32,000 nucleotides of DNA. Source: Patescibacteria group bacterium (GTDB taxonomy: Bacteria > Patescibacteriota > Patescibacteriia > 2-01-FULL-39-33). The stretch spans positions 1-32,000 of the forward strand of contig JBAZRV010000002.1 of NCBI GenBank assembly GCA_041662745.1, in the 5' to 3' direction. The notes under the pieces were generated by a model. That model saw only the letters and a list, made by a program, of their open reading frames with translations, was not told where the DNA came from and made no database searches. A program made the position numbers and the translations under genes. This document shows, piece by piece, positions 1-8,536 of the stretch (position 1 is its first letter; every line of letters starts with the position of its first letter).

Positions 1-433
1 ATCGACAGCCGGCCTTCTTTTTGTTTTAGGCATAGGATCTTGGGTTAGGCAGGACGCCAATCGTCCTACATCCCAAGATACCATTTACACATAATATTTT
101 ACAGTCTCGCTTGTGATTTTAAAGAATTAATGGATTCAGACATGTTCTTAGACTTGGATGTGGATATTTCTGATTTATTGCCAGTGTCTCCTGTTTGTAT
201 GAGTGAAAACTTTAGGGTTACATACAAAAAAGGAGGGCAAGGGGGCCATAATTTTAGAGGAAGAATCCACAATCAAGAGTCATTGTCCAAAATAGGAAGT
301 AGCTTAAAGGAAAAGTTAAGAGGCATAAAGTTTTTAAAAAAAGAGGGTGATTACATTGGTAGAAAAATTCAAGCAGATTCATAAAGTAATTTTGAAAATG
401 GCTAAATGGTCTTTATTAATTTTAAGATCGTTG

Positions 434-659
434 TCCGCCCAAGAAAAACTGGAAATTGCCAATTCGAAAGGGCGGGCGGATGGAGGGGTTGGGGGAGGAA
501 ATCCGCCCGCTCATCAATTTTTGGGGGTGAAATCGGTTCGAATTTTTTTGTAAACACACCGCAGTGAGTATTTAGTATCGGACGACCCGCCTGCCTGCCG
601 GTAGGCAGGAGTGCCTTGGCTGAAGTCAGGCAAAAACAGAAGAATCTGGCTTAGGCCAG
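434..659 (+). other. Non-coding region rich in strong inverted repeats; candidate structured RNA locus
   Basis: 10-bp perfect inverted repeat GCGGGCGGAT (472-481)/ATCCGCCCGC (501-510) with G-rich loop; near-perfect 20-nt palindrome CCTGCCTGCCGGTAGGCAGG (590-609); further hairpins at 612-632 and 646-659. No convincing protein in this interval. Confidence 0.4.
590..609. repeat. Short palindromic element CCTGCCTGCC/GGTAGGCAGG, possible dispersed REP-like repeat
   Basis: Arms pair with a single G.T wobble; GC-rich in an AT-rich context. Dispersal elsewhere in the genome cannot be checked here. Confidence 0.4.
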
Positions 660-666
660 TTTTTTT
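646..666 (+). terminator. Rho-independent terminator candidate
   Basis: CTGGC-TTAG-GCCAG followed by TTTTTTT. Confidence 0.5.
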
Positions 667-744
667 GTTTTTAGTCAAAAGTGCAAAATATAAGGCGATT
701 TTTGGTTCGAATCTCGTTCTCTTAAAATTTGCTATTCAATCGTC

Positions 745-770
745 ACCACTCTTTTGGTGGTTTTTATTTT
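745..770 (+). terminator. Rho-independent terminator candidate
   Basis: ACCAC (745-749)/GTGGT (757-761) followed by TTTTATTTT. Confidence 0.4.
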
Positions 771-978
771 GGATTTAAAGCAGTTCATCAATTCTCGTTT
801 TTCTTCGTTGGTTCCATTCTTCAAGGTATGGACCGTATAAGTTTTCATATCAATATCTTGATGGCTGAGTCGGTCCTGTCCACATGTGGTTTTTCTTTCA
901 AATAATCAGCGCAAATGTTATAATATAATTATTTAATGTGAGTTAGTATAACTTTTCTAGTCCAAATATAAAATTTAT

Positions 979-1335
979 ATGGGTTATGCCAATTTGTTAA
1001 TCTATTTCATTACTGGGGGTTTATTCACAACTTTAATTGTTGTCTTGGAAGAGAGTAATCATCGCCTCTTGTCCGGCTTAGCCACTCTTATTCCGGTATT
1101 TACTCTTGTGGCTTATATTTTTATCGGCGAGTCAAAAGGCGGGGCGGCAGTGGGGCAGCATGCCTGGTTTGTTCTTGTGGGAACGATCGTTTCTTGGATT
1201 CCCTACATGCTGGCGGTAGCCTATCTCTCGCCGAAAATCGGGGCGCATAGGGCCATCATTTCAGGCCTGGTGATTTTTTTTATTCTGGCCCTGTTGTATA
1301 TTGCGGTTGTCAGCCGTTTTAAATTGTTCCAATAG
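979..1335 (+). CDS. Small integral membrane protein, possibly GlpM/DUF3147-like
   Basis: 118 aa with about four hydrophobic segments (LLIYFITGGLFTTLIVVL, LLSGLATLIPVFTLVAYIFI, WFVLVGTIVSWIPYMLAVAYL, AIISGLVIFFILALLYIAVV). Family assignment is tentative. Confidence 0.65.
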   Translation: MGYANLLIYFITGGLFTTLIVVLEESNHRLLSGLATLIPVFTLVAYIFIGESKGGAAVGQHAWFVLVGTIVSWIPYMLAVAYLSPKIGAHRAIISGLVIFFILALLYIAVVSRFKLFQ

Positions 1336-1382
1336 GTTAAAATTATTGCCAAAAAATAATTTCAATTACTAACTAAAACAAT

Positions 1383-2111
1383 ATGAGATTACAAAAAAAA
1401 GTTGCAGTAGTAACCGGCGCGTCATCGGGATTGGGCAAAGCCATTGCAGAAATGTTCAGTAAAGAAGGCGCCAGAGTCGTTTTTTCCGACATTAACGCCT
1501 ATCCAGGCAAACTGCCTGCGGGCGCGCTGTTTTTAAAAGCCGATACATCCAAAGACGCGGATGTTAAAAAATTAGTTAATTTCGCTGTCGCTAAACTCGG
1601 TCGTTTGGATATTATGGTTAATAATGCCGGCATCGGGTTGACAGGAGAGATTGTCGGCATGCCGGACAAGGTTTGGAACAAGGTGCTGGCCGTTAATTTA
1701 AACGGAGTATTCTATAGTTTGCGAGCAGCCGCGACTTATATGAAAAACAAAAAGATTAAGGGTTCAATCATCAATATGGCTTCTATTCTTGGCCAGGTTG
1801 GTTTCCGCAGCGCAGGGGCTTATTCCGCCGCCAAAGGAGGCGTTAATCAGTTGACGCGAACCGGCTCTTTGGAATTGGCGCCGTTTGGCATCAGAGTCAA
1901 TTCAATCGCCCCCGGTTTCATTGAAACGGGCATGACTAAGGGCATAAAAAATGACAAAGCGGCCAGTGCCGGAATTAACGCCGCTACGCCATTGGGGCAT
2001 ATGGGTGAGCCGGATGATATTGCCTACGCGGCCGTATATCTGGCCTCAGATGAAGCAAAATTCGTTACCGGCTCGGTTATGTATGTGGATGGCGGTTGGA
2101 CGGCGCAATAA
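1383..2111 (+). CDS. Short-chain dehydrogenase/reductase (FabG-like SDR)
   Basis: N-terminal TGASSGLG NAD(P) motif, NNAG, catalytic YSAAK, PGFIETGM and C-terminal YVDGGW; classical SDR organisation. Confidence 0.93.
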   Translation: MRLQKKVAVVTGASSGLGKAIAEMFSKEGARVVFSDINAYPGKLPAGALFLKADTSKDADVKKLVNFAVAKLGRLDIMVNNAGIGLTGEIVGMPDKVWNKVLAVNLNGVFYSLRAAATYMKNKKIKGSIINMASILGQVGFRSAGAYSAAKGGVNQLTRTGSLELAPFGIRVNSIAPGFIETGMTKGIKNDKAASAGINAATPLGHMGEPDDIAYAAVYLASDEAKFVTGSVMYVDGGWTAQ

Positions 2112-2198
2112 CATCGAAAAAATACTGCATCTCAGGCATACGCCAAAATTACGAATAAACATCCGTTGCATTTTAGATTAGGCCCCGACTCAGGTATA

Positions 2199-2228
2199 TT
2201 GACGAGTGCCTGAAATTAGTGTTATAAT
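2199..2228 (+). promoter_or_regulatory. Sigma70-type promoter
   Basis: TTGACG (2199-2204), 18-nt spacer, TATAAT (2223-2228), upstream of the 2314 CDS. Confidence 0.65.
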
Positions 2229-2313
2229 ACCCTTGTAAACATTGAGGTCGGGGGTGCTTAACCCGATTGCTCCGAAAAAAAAGCACTTACAATTTATTTA
2301 ATACATATAGCAT

Positions 2314-2814
2314 ATGCCCCAAAATGAAAAAACCTTAGAACAGCTTAGTCGCGTGGTTTTTTCCTGGCAGTATCCGGAGTTTGTCGTTTATCATAAGGAT
2401 AAACGTTGGTATGCCATCTCAATTGTCGTGTTGATCTTGGCTTTGGCCTGGACGATTTATGATAAGAACTATTTGTTCGGCGCTTTTTTGCTGTTATTTT
2501 ATCTGTTAATTCTGTTTCATGAGGGGCGCCGGCCGGAAATAATTGATTTTATTATTACCGAAGATGGCGTTAAATCAGGTGATAATTTTTATTATTTTAA
2601 AGACATTGATCACTTTTATGTTGTCTATCAGGCGCAAGGCGTAAAGAATCTTTATCTGGAATTCCGTAATTCCTTGCGCGGTCGCCTTATTGTGCCGTTA
2701 GACGGCCAAAATGCCGTGGCTGTCAGAGACTTTTTATTACAATACATGGCGGAAGATTTAGAGCGTGAAGCCGAACCTTTGTCTGAGCAATTAAGACGCT
2801 GGCTGAGGTTATAG
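2314..2814 (+). CDS. Hypothetical membrane protein with two N-terminal TM segments and a cytoplasmic domain
   Basis: 166 aa; hydrophobic YAISIVVLILALAWTIY and FGAFLLLFYLLILF; promoter upstream; remainder has good coding character. Confidence 0.75.
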   Translation: MPQNEKTLEQLSRVVFSWQYPEFVVYHKDKRWYAISIVVLILALAWTIYDKNYLFGAFLLLFYLLILFHEGRRPEIIDFIITEDGVKSGDNFYYFKDIDHFYVVYQAQGVKNLYLEFRNSLRGRLIVPLDGQNAVAVRDFLLQYMAEDLEREAEPLSEQLRRWLRL

Positions 2815-2894
2815 GACTTGATTTATATCGGTAAAAATGATAAGATATGAATCTGTTTCAAAAAGCTGTTTTTGGGACAGATTATTAGTATAAT

Positions 2895-2971
2895 GTACCC
2901 GTAGCTTAGCTGGATAAAGCGTCGGCTTGCGGAGCCGGAGACCACAGGTTCGAATCCTGTCGGGTACACCA
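2895..2971 (+). tRNA. tRNA-Arg (anticodon GCG), CCA encoded
   Basis: Acceptor GTACCCG (2895-2901)/CGGGTAC (2961-2967), D arm GCTT/AAGC, anticodon stem TCGGC/GCCGG with loop TTGCGGA (2927-2933), T arm ACAGG-TTCGAAT-CCTGT, discriminator A then CCA. Confidence 0.95.
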
Positions 2972-3033
2972 ATCACTTAAAAGCTTGTAAAGTTGAAAGT
3001 CCATAAAGTTGGATACCAAATCTGACACCTCCT

Positions 3034-5091
3034 ATGAACTTATCACTTGATAGTAAAATCAGCCAGGTTAGCCCTTATGCCAAACGCCTGGCTAATAAAT
3101 TAAGGAAATTAAATATTGAGACCGTTCGGGATCTCATTTTTTATTATCCTTTTCGTTACGAAGATTACAGTAAGTTAGCTAAGATCGCCGACCTAAAGGA
3201 AGGCATGGAGGCGGCGGTAATCGGGCGCTTGGAGCTGGTAGCCAGTCGTCGCAGTCATCGGCAAAGGAAAGTTGTCACTGAAGCGGTTTTAACCGATGAT
3301 ACCGGTTCCATTAAACTTGTTTGGTTTAATCAGCCTTGGATAGGGAAAACTTTAGCTGGCGGGGAGCTTATCAGGGTTTACGGCAAGATAGGCGGAGATA
3401 TGTATAGCTTGCATTTTAATTCACCTAATTATGAACGGACCGGTATTGGAGCGCCGGGCTTGGTGCCGATTTATCCTTTGACTTCCGGGTTGACCAATAA
3501 ACAATTGCGTTTTTTATTATCAGGGCTTAAACCGTTGATAACAAAAGTAAATGATTATTTACCTGAAGAAATCACCGGACGGCAGAATCTTATTAGCCTC
3601 TCTTCCGCACTGCTTAATGTGCACTGGCCGGAAAATGCCAGCGCTTTGGCGGCTGCCCGCCATCGTTTGGCTTTTGATGAGCTGTTTTTATTGCAAACTT
3701 GGTCGCAGATATTGCGACGCAATTTGAAAGAATTGGCCGCCCCCCCGATTGAATTTAAAGAATCAAAAGTAAAAGAATTTATAGCCAGATTGCCTTTTGA
3801 ATTAACTTTAGATCAGAAACGCGCCGCTTGGGAAATAATCAAAGATTTGGCTAAAACCGAACCTATGAATCGATTGCTGGAGGGGGATGTCGGTTCAGGT
3901 AAGACTGTTGTGGCCTTGATTGCCATGTATGATGCCGTCTTGAACGGCCAGCAAGCGGTTTTAATGGTTCCGACAGAGATTCTTGCCAGCCAACATTATC
4001 AGAGTATCAGCAAGTTACTGGATGGTTGCGGTGTTAACTCCGGTTTATTAACCCGAACACAAAAAGTGTTCAACGGCAAGGAAATCAGCAAGAAGGAATT
4101 TTTGAATAAAGCGGCTCTGGGGGAAATAGATCTGATTATCGGCACTCACAGCTTGATTCAGAAGGAGGCGTCTTTTAAGCGGTTGGGACTGGTTATTGTC
4201 GATGAACAGCATCGTTTTGGAGTTAAACAAAGGCAAGAATTAAAGCAAAAAGGCGTCGACAACAAGATCCCGCATTTCTTGTCTTTGACCGCTACGCCCA
4301 TCCCGCGTTCTTTGGCTTTGATTGTTTACGGCGATTTGGATTTGTCTTTGATCAAAGAGTTGCCAAAGGGCAGAAAAGCCATTATTACCAAGGTGGTACC
4401 GCCGGATAAGCGTTGGTTGGCTTACGAGTTCATCGATAAGCAGATTGCCGCCGGCCGGCAAGTGTTTGTCATCTGCCCCTTGATTGATCCCTCGGATAAA
4501 TTAGGCGTGCGTTCGGTGACCGAAGAATTCCATAAATTGGATAAGGAAGTTTTCCCGCAATTGCCGGTTGGTTTATTGCACGGCAAGTTGAAAGCGGAGG
4601 AAAAGGAAGGGGTGATGGCCGAATTTAAAAACAATAAGATAAAAATCTTAGTTTCCACTTCCGTGGTGGAAGTGGGCGTGGATATTCCTAATGCCACGGT
4701 TATGATGATTGAGGGCGCGGAGAGGTTCGGTTTGAGCCAATTGCATCAATTTCGCGGTCGCGTAGGGCGAGGTGATCATCAATCTTATTGTTTTTTGTTT
4801 TCCGAAGATCCTTCAGATCGGGCTTTGGCGCGATTGAATTATCTTTCCCAGACAACCGATGGCTTTGCTTTGGCTGAATATGACATGAAACAGCGGGGCG
4901 GTGGCAATGTATTCGGCCAGGAGCAGTCCGGTTTTATTGACAATTTAAAAATCGCCGATCCCGGCGATTTGGTTTTAGCGAAAAAGGCCCGCGATGCCGC
5001 AAAAGATTTTGTGACCGAGTTCCGGATGGAAGATTTTCCTCAGTTAGCCGAGGCGGTCAGCCAGTTCGGTTTGACGGCGCACTTAGAGTAG
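3034..5091 (+). CDS. recG: ATP-dependent DNA helicase RecG
   Basis: 685 aa; wedge/OB region (YYPFRYEDYS), GDVGSGKT, DEQHRFG, TATPIPRSLAL, VEVGVDIPNA, QFRGRVGRGDHQSYCFL. Confidence 0.96.
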   Translation: MNLSLDSKISQVSPYAKRLANKLRKLNIETVRDLIFYYPFRYEDYSKLAKIADLKEGMEAAVIGRLELVASRRSHRQRKVVTEAVLTDDTGSIKLVWFNQPWIGKTLAGGELIRVYGKIGGDMYSLHFNSPNYERTGIGAPGLVPIYPLTSGLTNKQLRFLLSGLKPLITKVNDYLPEEITGRQNLISLSSALLNVHWPENASALAAARHRLAFDELFLLQTWSQILRRNLKELAAPPIEFKESKVKEFIARLPFELTLDQKRAAWEIIKDLAKTEPMNRLLEGDVGSGKTVVALIAMYDAVLNGQQAVLMVPTEILASQHYQSISKLLDGCGVNSGLLTRTQKVFNGKEISKKEFLNKAALGEIDLIIGTHSLIQKEASFKRLGLVIVDEQHRFGVKQRQELKQKGVDNKIPHFLSLTATPIPRSLALIVYGDLDLSLIKELPKGRKAIITKVVPPDKRWLAYEFIDKQIAAGRQVFVICPLIDPSDKLGVRSVTEEFHKLDKEVFPQLPVGLLHGKLKAEEKEGVMAEFKNNKIKILVSTSVVEVGVDIPNATVMMIEGAERFGLSQLHQFRGRVGRGDHQSYCFLFSEDPSDRALARLNYLSQTTDGFALAEYDMKQRGGGNVFGQEQSGFIDNLKIADPGDLVLAKKARDAAKDFVTEFRMEDFPQLAEAVSQFGLTAHLE

Positions 5092-6423
5092 CGTTCCGAT
5101 GATTCTTGTTACCTCACTGATATGTTTAATAGGCAGTAATTTCAGATTTCCCGAGGGCGCATCCGGCCGAGCGGGAACAATGGCTTGAACATAACCAAGT
5201 CGCTGGGCCTCCTTTAACCGGCGAGCTAATTGCGGCACGCTGCGGATTTCTCCGGACAGTCCCACTTCGCCTAAAATCAAGGTTTTATTGGGTAATGATT
5301 TTTCCGTAAAAGCGGAAATAACCGCCATAGCCACCGCCAGATCGGCCGGCGGTTCTTTTATTTTTAGGCCGCCGGCGACATTAAGATAAACGTCCTGGTT
5401 GCTTAGATTAACTTTATTGTATTTGCCGATGACCGCCAGAAGCATCTGTAAGCGATTCAAGTCAAAACCGGTAGTTTTGCGTTGCGGATAGCCGAAAAAG
5501 GTTTTGGCGGTTAGTGATTGCACCTCTACGAGAAACGGCCTGGTGCCCTCAAGAACCATGGTAGCGCTGATGCCCGGATTGCCCGATGACAATTCCTTAT
5601 CGGCAAAAACACCGGCCGGATCGCTGACTTCTTTTAGTCCGCTACCGGTCATTTCAAAGACGCCGATTTCACCCACGGCGCCGAAACGGTTTTTAACGGT
5701 GCGTAAAATCTTAAAATTATTCTGCGCGTCATTCTCTAAATACATTACCGTATCCACTAAGTGTTCCAAGGTTTTGGGGCCGGCGACTTGGCCGTCCTTG
5801 GTAACATGACCGATAACTAAAACAGCAATATTATTTGTTTTGGCCAGCGACATTAATTTGGCGGTGCAGGCCGTGATCTGCCCCACGTTGCCGGCCGCGC
5901 CGGGGGAGTCGGCCGTGTAAACCGTCTGAATGGAGTCAACTATCAATAGTTGCGGTTTAAGCGCGGTGGCCGTGGCGATGACGGTGTCAATATCGGTTTG
6001 CGGCAAAAATTTTAATTTGCTCAAATCGTTGGTTAAACGTTCAGCCCGCATTTTTATTTGCGTTGCCGATTCCTCGCCGGAAACGTATAGAACAGAATCA
6101 AGCCTGTCGATCAGCTGCAAGGCCAAAGTGGATTTGCCGATTCCCGGATCCCCGCCCAAAAGCATTAAAGCGCCGTTAATAATGCCTCCGCCTAAAACGC
6201 GGTCAACCTCGTTTAAGCCGGTAGGGGTTCTGGTTTCTTTGCCTCCGATTATGGTTGATAAATTAATAGTTTTTTCCGCTCGAGCCGTATTAGCCGAATT
6301 TTCTGATTTTTTCAGTTCTTCCGTTAGTGTGCCCCAAGCGCCACAATCAAGACAGCGCCCTTGCCATTTAGGATATTGGGCGCCGCATTTGGAGCAGGAA
6401 AAAATCGTTTGTGTTTTTGCCAT
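5083..6423 (-). CDS. radA: DNA repair protein RadA (Sms)
   Basis: CAT at 6421-6423 gives minus-strand ATG; MAKTQTIFSCSKCGAQYPKWQGRCLDCGAW zinc finger, GGDPGIGKSTL Walker A, KNRFG motif, Lon-like C-terminal domain. Converges with and overlaps the recG 3' end by 9 nt. Confidence 0.96.
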   Translation of the reverse strand: MAKTQTIFSCSKCGAQYPKWQGRCLDCGAWGTLTEELKKSENSANTARAEKTINLSTIIGGKETRTPTGLNEVDRVLGGGIINGALMLLGGDPGIGKSTLALQLIDRLDSVLYVSGEESATQIKMRAERLTNDLSKLKFLPQTDIDTVIATATALKPQLLIVDSIQTVYTADSPGAAGNVGQITACTAKLMSLAKTNNIAVLVIGHVTKDGQVAGPKTLEHLVDTVMYLENDAQNNFKILRTVKNRFGAVGEIGVFEMTGSGLKEVSDPAGVFADKELSSGNPGISATMVLEGTRPFLVEVQSLTAKTFFGYPQRKTTGFDLNRLQMLLAVIGKYNKVNLSNQDVYLNVAGGLKIKEPPADLAVAMAVISAFTEKSLPNKTLILGEVGLSGEIRSVPQLARRLKEAQRLGYVQAIVPARPDAPSGNLKLLPIKHISEVTRIIGTLL

Positions 6424-6426
6424 TTT

Positions 6427-7461
6427 TTATGGTAGTTTAGGCGGCTTGCCCATGTCTATGTGCCAACAGTTATTAACGGGCTCATCAATTACGCGTATCT
6501 CAGGGTAAATTATATTATTTATGGTCACATTATTTAAGACATAGCCAGGCTGCCCGTCATAGTAAAATGCTGTTTTTTGATTCTTGATTAAACCGCGGAA
6601 ATAGGCATTAGTTGTGTTGTTTCTGGGATAATCCAGCGCTGTGCCGTTGGCATGATTTGAACCGGTATCTTGCGGTCGATAAGCTGAAGTTGGTTGGGCG
6701 TCGGTAATGCTTGAGATGCTATTGGCCAATGATGATGTTTGCGGCTTTAATCCTTGCATATTGCCAGTAGCAGCATTGGAGCCGGATGGTACTTTATTGA
6801 CACTCTCCATGGTTCCTATGCCATTGTTATTAGTCGCATTATTTGATGAGTAATAGACAACCGGTTCAAATTCTTGGCCGGTTATAATCGTCAGACTTGG
6901 GCTAATAATACTAATTAACGTGTAAGATAGCAAGGCGAGAGCCAGTCCGGCTAAAGCTGAAAAAATAACGGACTTGGCTTCGGTGATTTTGCCGCTGTCA
7001 CCGCGCGCCAAAAGCCACTTGAATCCGCCCCACATTACCATAATCGTTGCTAATATGCCAACCGTCCCCAATAGCAGTGTGTACCAAGTATTAATGTAAT
7101 CAGGAAAAAGATCGGCGTTAACCGGAATTTTAGCGTCAGCCGTAAAGAGACCGCCGATAGCAACATTGGGAGTAAAGGTAAAAGATGCCTTACTATTCTG
7201 ATTAGTGGTTTTTGTTAAGCCAACGTTTACAGTGGTATCGGAAGGCATTGATTGAGTACTTTCCGCCGCTCCATTGGGATAGGTGGTGAAGCATTGGTGA
7301 ATACAACTACTGAGTTGTTCTTGAGTCCAATCCAATCCCGAATCGTAACAATTAGCAAGGCATTGTTGGTATTCAGCTTTAGTATCGGCCAAAACCGCCG
7401 CCGGCAGCAACAAATTAAAAGCCAGAGTAAGCATTAAAAATATTTTTAGCAAGTATCTCAT
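6427..7461 (-). CDS. Secreted/membrane protein with T4SS-pilin (VirB2/TrbC)-like two-TM core and long C-terminal extension (paralog A)
   Basis: Signal peptide MRYLLKIFLMLTLAFNLLLPAAVLA; core INTWYTLLLGTVGILATIMVMWGGFKWLLARGDSGKITEAKSVIFSALAGLALALLSYTLISII, shared with the next gene. Confidence 0.75.
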   Translation of the reverse strand: MRYLLKIFLMLTLAFNLLLPAAVLADTKAEYQQCLANCYDSGLDWTQEQLSSCIHQCFTTYPNGAAESTQSMPSDTTVNVGLTKTTNQNSKASFTFTPNVAIGGLFTADAKIPVNADLFPDYINTWYTLLLGTVGILATIMVMWGGFKWLLARGDSGKITEAKSVIFSALAGLALALLSYTLISIISPSLTIITGQEFEPVVYYSSNNATNNNGIGTMESVNKVPSGSNAATGNMQGLKPQTSSLANSISSITDAQPTSAYRPQDTGSNHANGTALDYPRNNTTNAYFRGLIKNQKTAFYYDGQPGYVLNNVTINNIIYPEIRVIDEPVNNCWHIDMGKPPKLP

Positions 7462-7480
7462 AATTAATATAAAAAATAGT

Positions 7481-8536
7481 TCAATTTTTTATAATTTCCC
7501 ATTCTACCGCATCCCGACTAATATTAATTAAGCGTAGAGGCGCATCCATACCGTCTAATTGATAAATTCCTCCCACTACCAGATCAGGGGATATTTTTAA
7601 AGTGTCCATCATCAACATTTCATCAGCGGCCAGGGAATTGGTTGATATACTGAATCTATCATCGGATAATTGATGCAGTTCTAAAGGGCTTAGACTTAGA
7701 TTAGTTAAGGTGTTTCCTAGATTAACGAGACTATCTATTTCTTGGGTTGATAGTAGTTGATATTGCATGCAAGTTCCCATAAGTCCGGCGCTGCTGGGCA
7801 GAGTGCCGGCGTCTTCACTGTTGCAATAAGGCTTATAAATATCAAAACCTGCTTTTTTTAGTTTATTTCTGACGTTTTGTTCGGCTTCAGGCAGAATTTG
7901 CTTGTTGAGTTGGTTTTGAGATAATTTTCTCAATTCTGAATCGGTGAGTGGTTTATATTCACGCACTATAGGTTCTCTGCCCTCAAGATTTATGTCGCTT
8001 AGATTGGGGTTAATAATGGATATTAAAGTGTAAGACAATAAAGCCAAAGCTAATCCGGCCAAAGCCGAAAAAATCATTGATTTGGCATCAGTGATTTTGC
8101 CGCTGTCACCGCGGGCTAAGAGCCATTTGAATCCGGCCCACATTATCATGATGGTGGCCACGATGCCAATAATGCCAAGCATCAAGTCATACCAGGCCTT
8201 AATATAATTACCCAATAAATTTTCGTTGACATTGCCGCCGGTAAAACTGCCCAGGGGGATATTAAGGATTAAATCGCCGGATTGGCCCTTGTTGGCGACC
8301 GCGTCGAATGCTGCTAATTGCGCTTTTTGCGCCGCTTCATAGTCGCTTTTACAAAGAGGAAAACCGTCAGTGGCCTGCTGTTGGCAGGCTGCATCGCCGG
8401 GTTCGCAATTATCAAGCTGGTCTTGCTGTTGTTTCAGGCAATCATCAACGTAATTCGCCCTAACTGTGGTTTGGGGAAGAAACAGAAAATAAACAATTAA
8501 GGCGATAATTCCTAAGGTTGTGATTTTTTTACTCAT
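7481..8536 (-). CDS. Secreted/membrane protein with T4SS-pilin-like two-TM core (paralog B)
   Basis: Signal peptide; IKAWYDLMLGIIGIVATIMIMWAGFKWLLARGDSGKITDAKSMIFSALAGLALALLSYTLISIINP. Its ATG overlaps the stop of the 8533 CDS (ATGA at 8533-8536). Confidence 0.75.
   Translation of the reverse strand: MSKKITTLGIIALIVYFLFLPQTTVRANYVDDCLKQQQDQLDNCEPGDAACQQQATDGFPLCKSDYEAAQKAQLAAFDAVANKGQSGDLILNIPLGSFTGGNVNENLLGNYIKAWYDLMLGIIGIVATIMIMWAGFKWLLARGDSGKITDAKSMIFSALAGLALALLSYTLISIINPNLSDINLEGREPIVREYKPLTDSELRKLSQNQLNKQILPEAEQNVRNKLKKAGFDIYKPYCNSEDAGTLPSSAGLMGTCMQYQLLSTQEIDSLVNLGNTLTNLSLSPLELHQLSDDRFSISTNSLAADEMLMMDTLKISPDLVVGGIYQLDGMDAPLRLINISRDAVEWEIIKN

Noticed and set aside
130-384. 84-aa ORF MDSDMFLDLDVDISDLLPVSPVCMSENF...
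   Set aside because: Intact but no recognisable family, weak coding character and no clear ribosome-binding site; not enough support to call a gene, though a remnant cannot be excluded.
347-553. 68-aa ORF overlapping the G-rich inverted repeat
   Set aside because: C-terminal half is a translation of the repeat structure (GRADGGVGGGNPPAHQF); more likely non-coding.
704-720. GGTTCGAATCTCGT, resembling a tRNA T-arm
   Set aside because: The five bases before TTCGAAT do not pair with CTCGT, and no acceptor, D or anticodon stems can be built around it.
2889-2894. TATAAT immediately before the tRNA-Arg 5' end
   Set aside because: As a -10 it would place transcription start inside the tRNA; a weak alternative TTGATT (2818-2823)-17 nt-TAAGAT (2841-2846) is better positioned. 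Not called as the tRNA promoter.
5930-6508. 192-aa plus-strand ORF opposite radA
   Set aside because: Fully explained as a shadow ORF of the well-supported minus-strand radA; residues are low-complexity Ser/Val/Pro without recognisable motifs.
6427-8536. Integrative conjugative element / complete type IV secretion locus
   Set aside because: Only small-pilin-like cores are seen; no relaxase, coupling protein, VirB4-like ATPase or integrase in the window.
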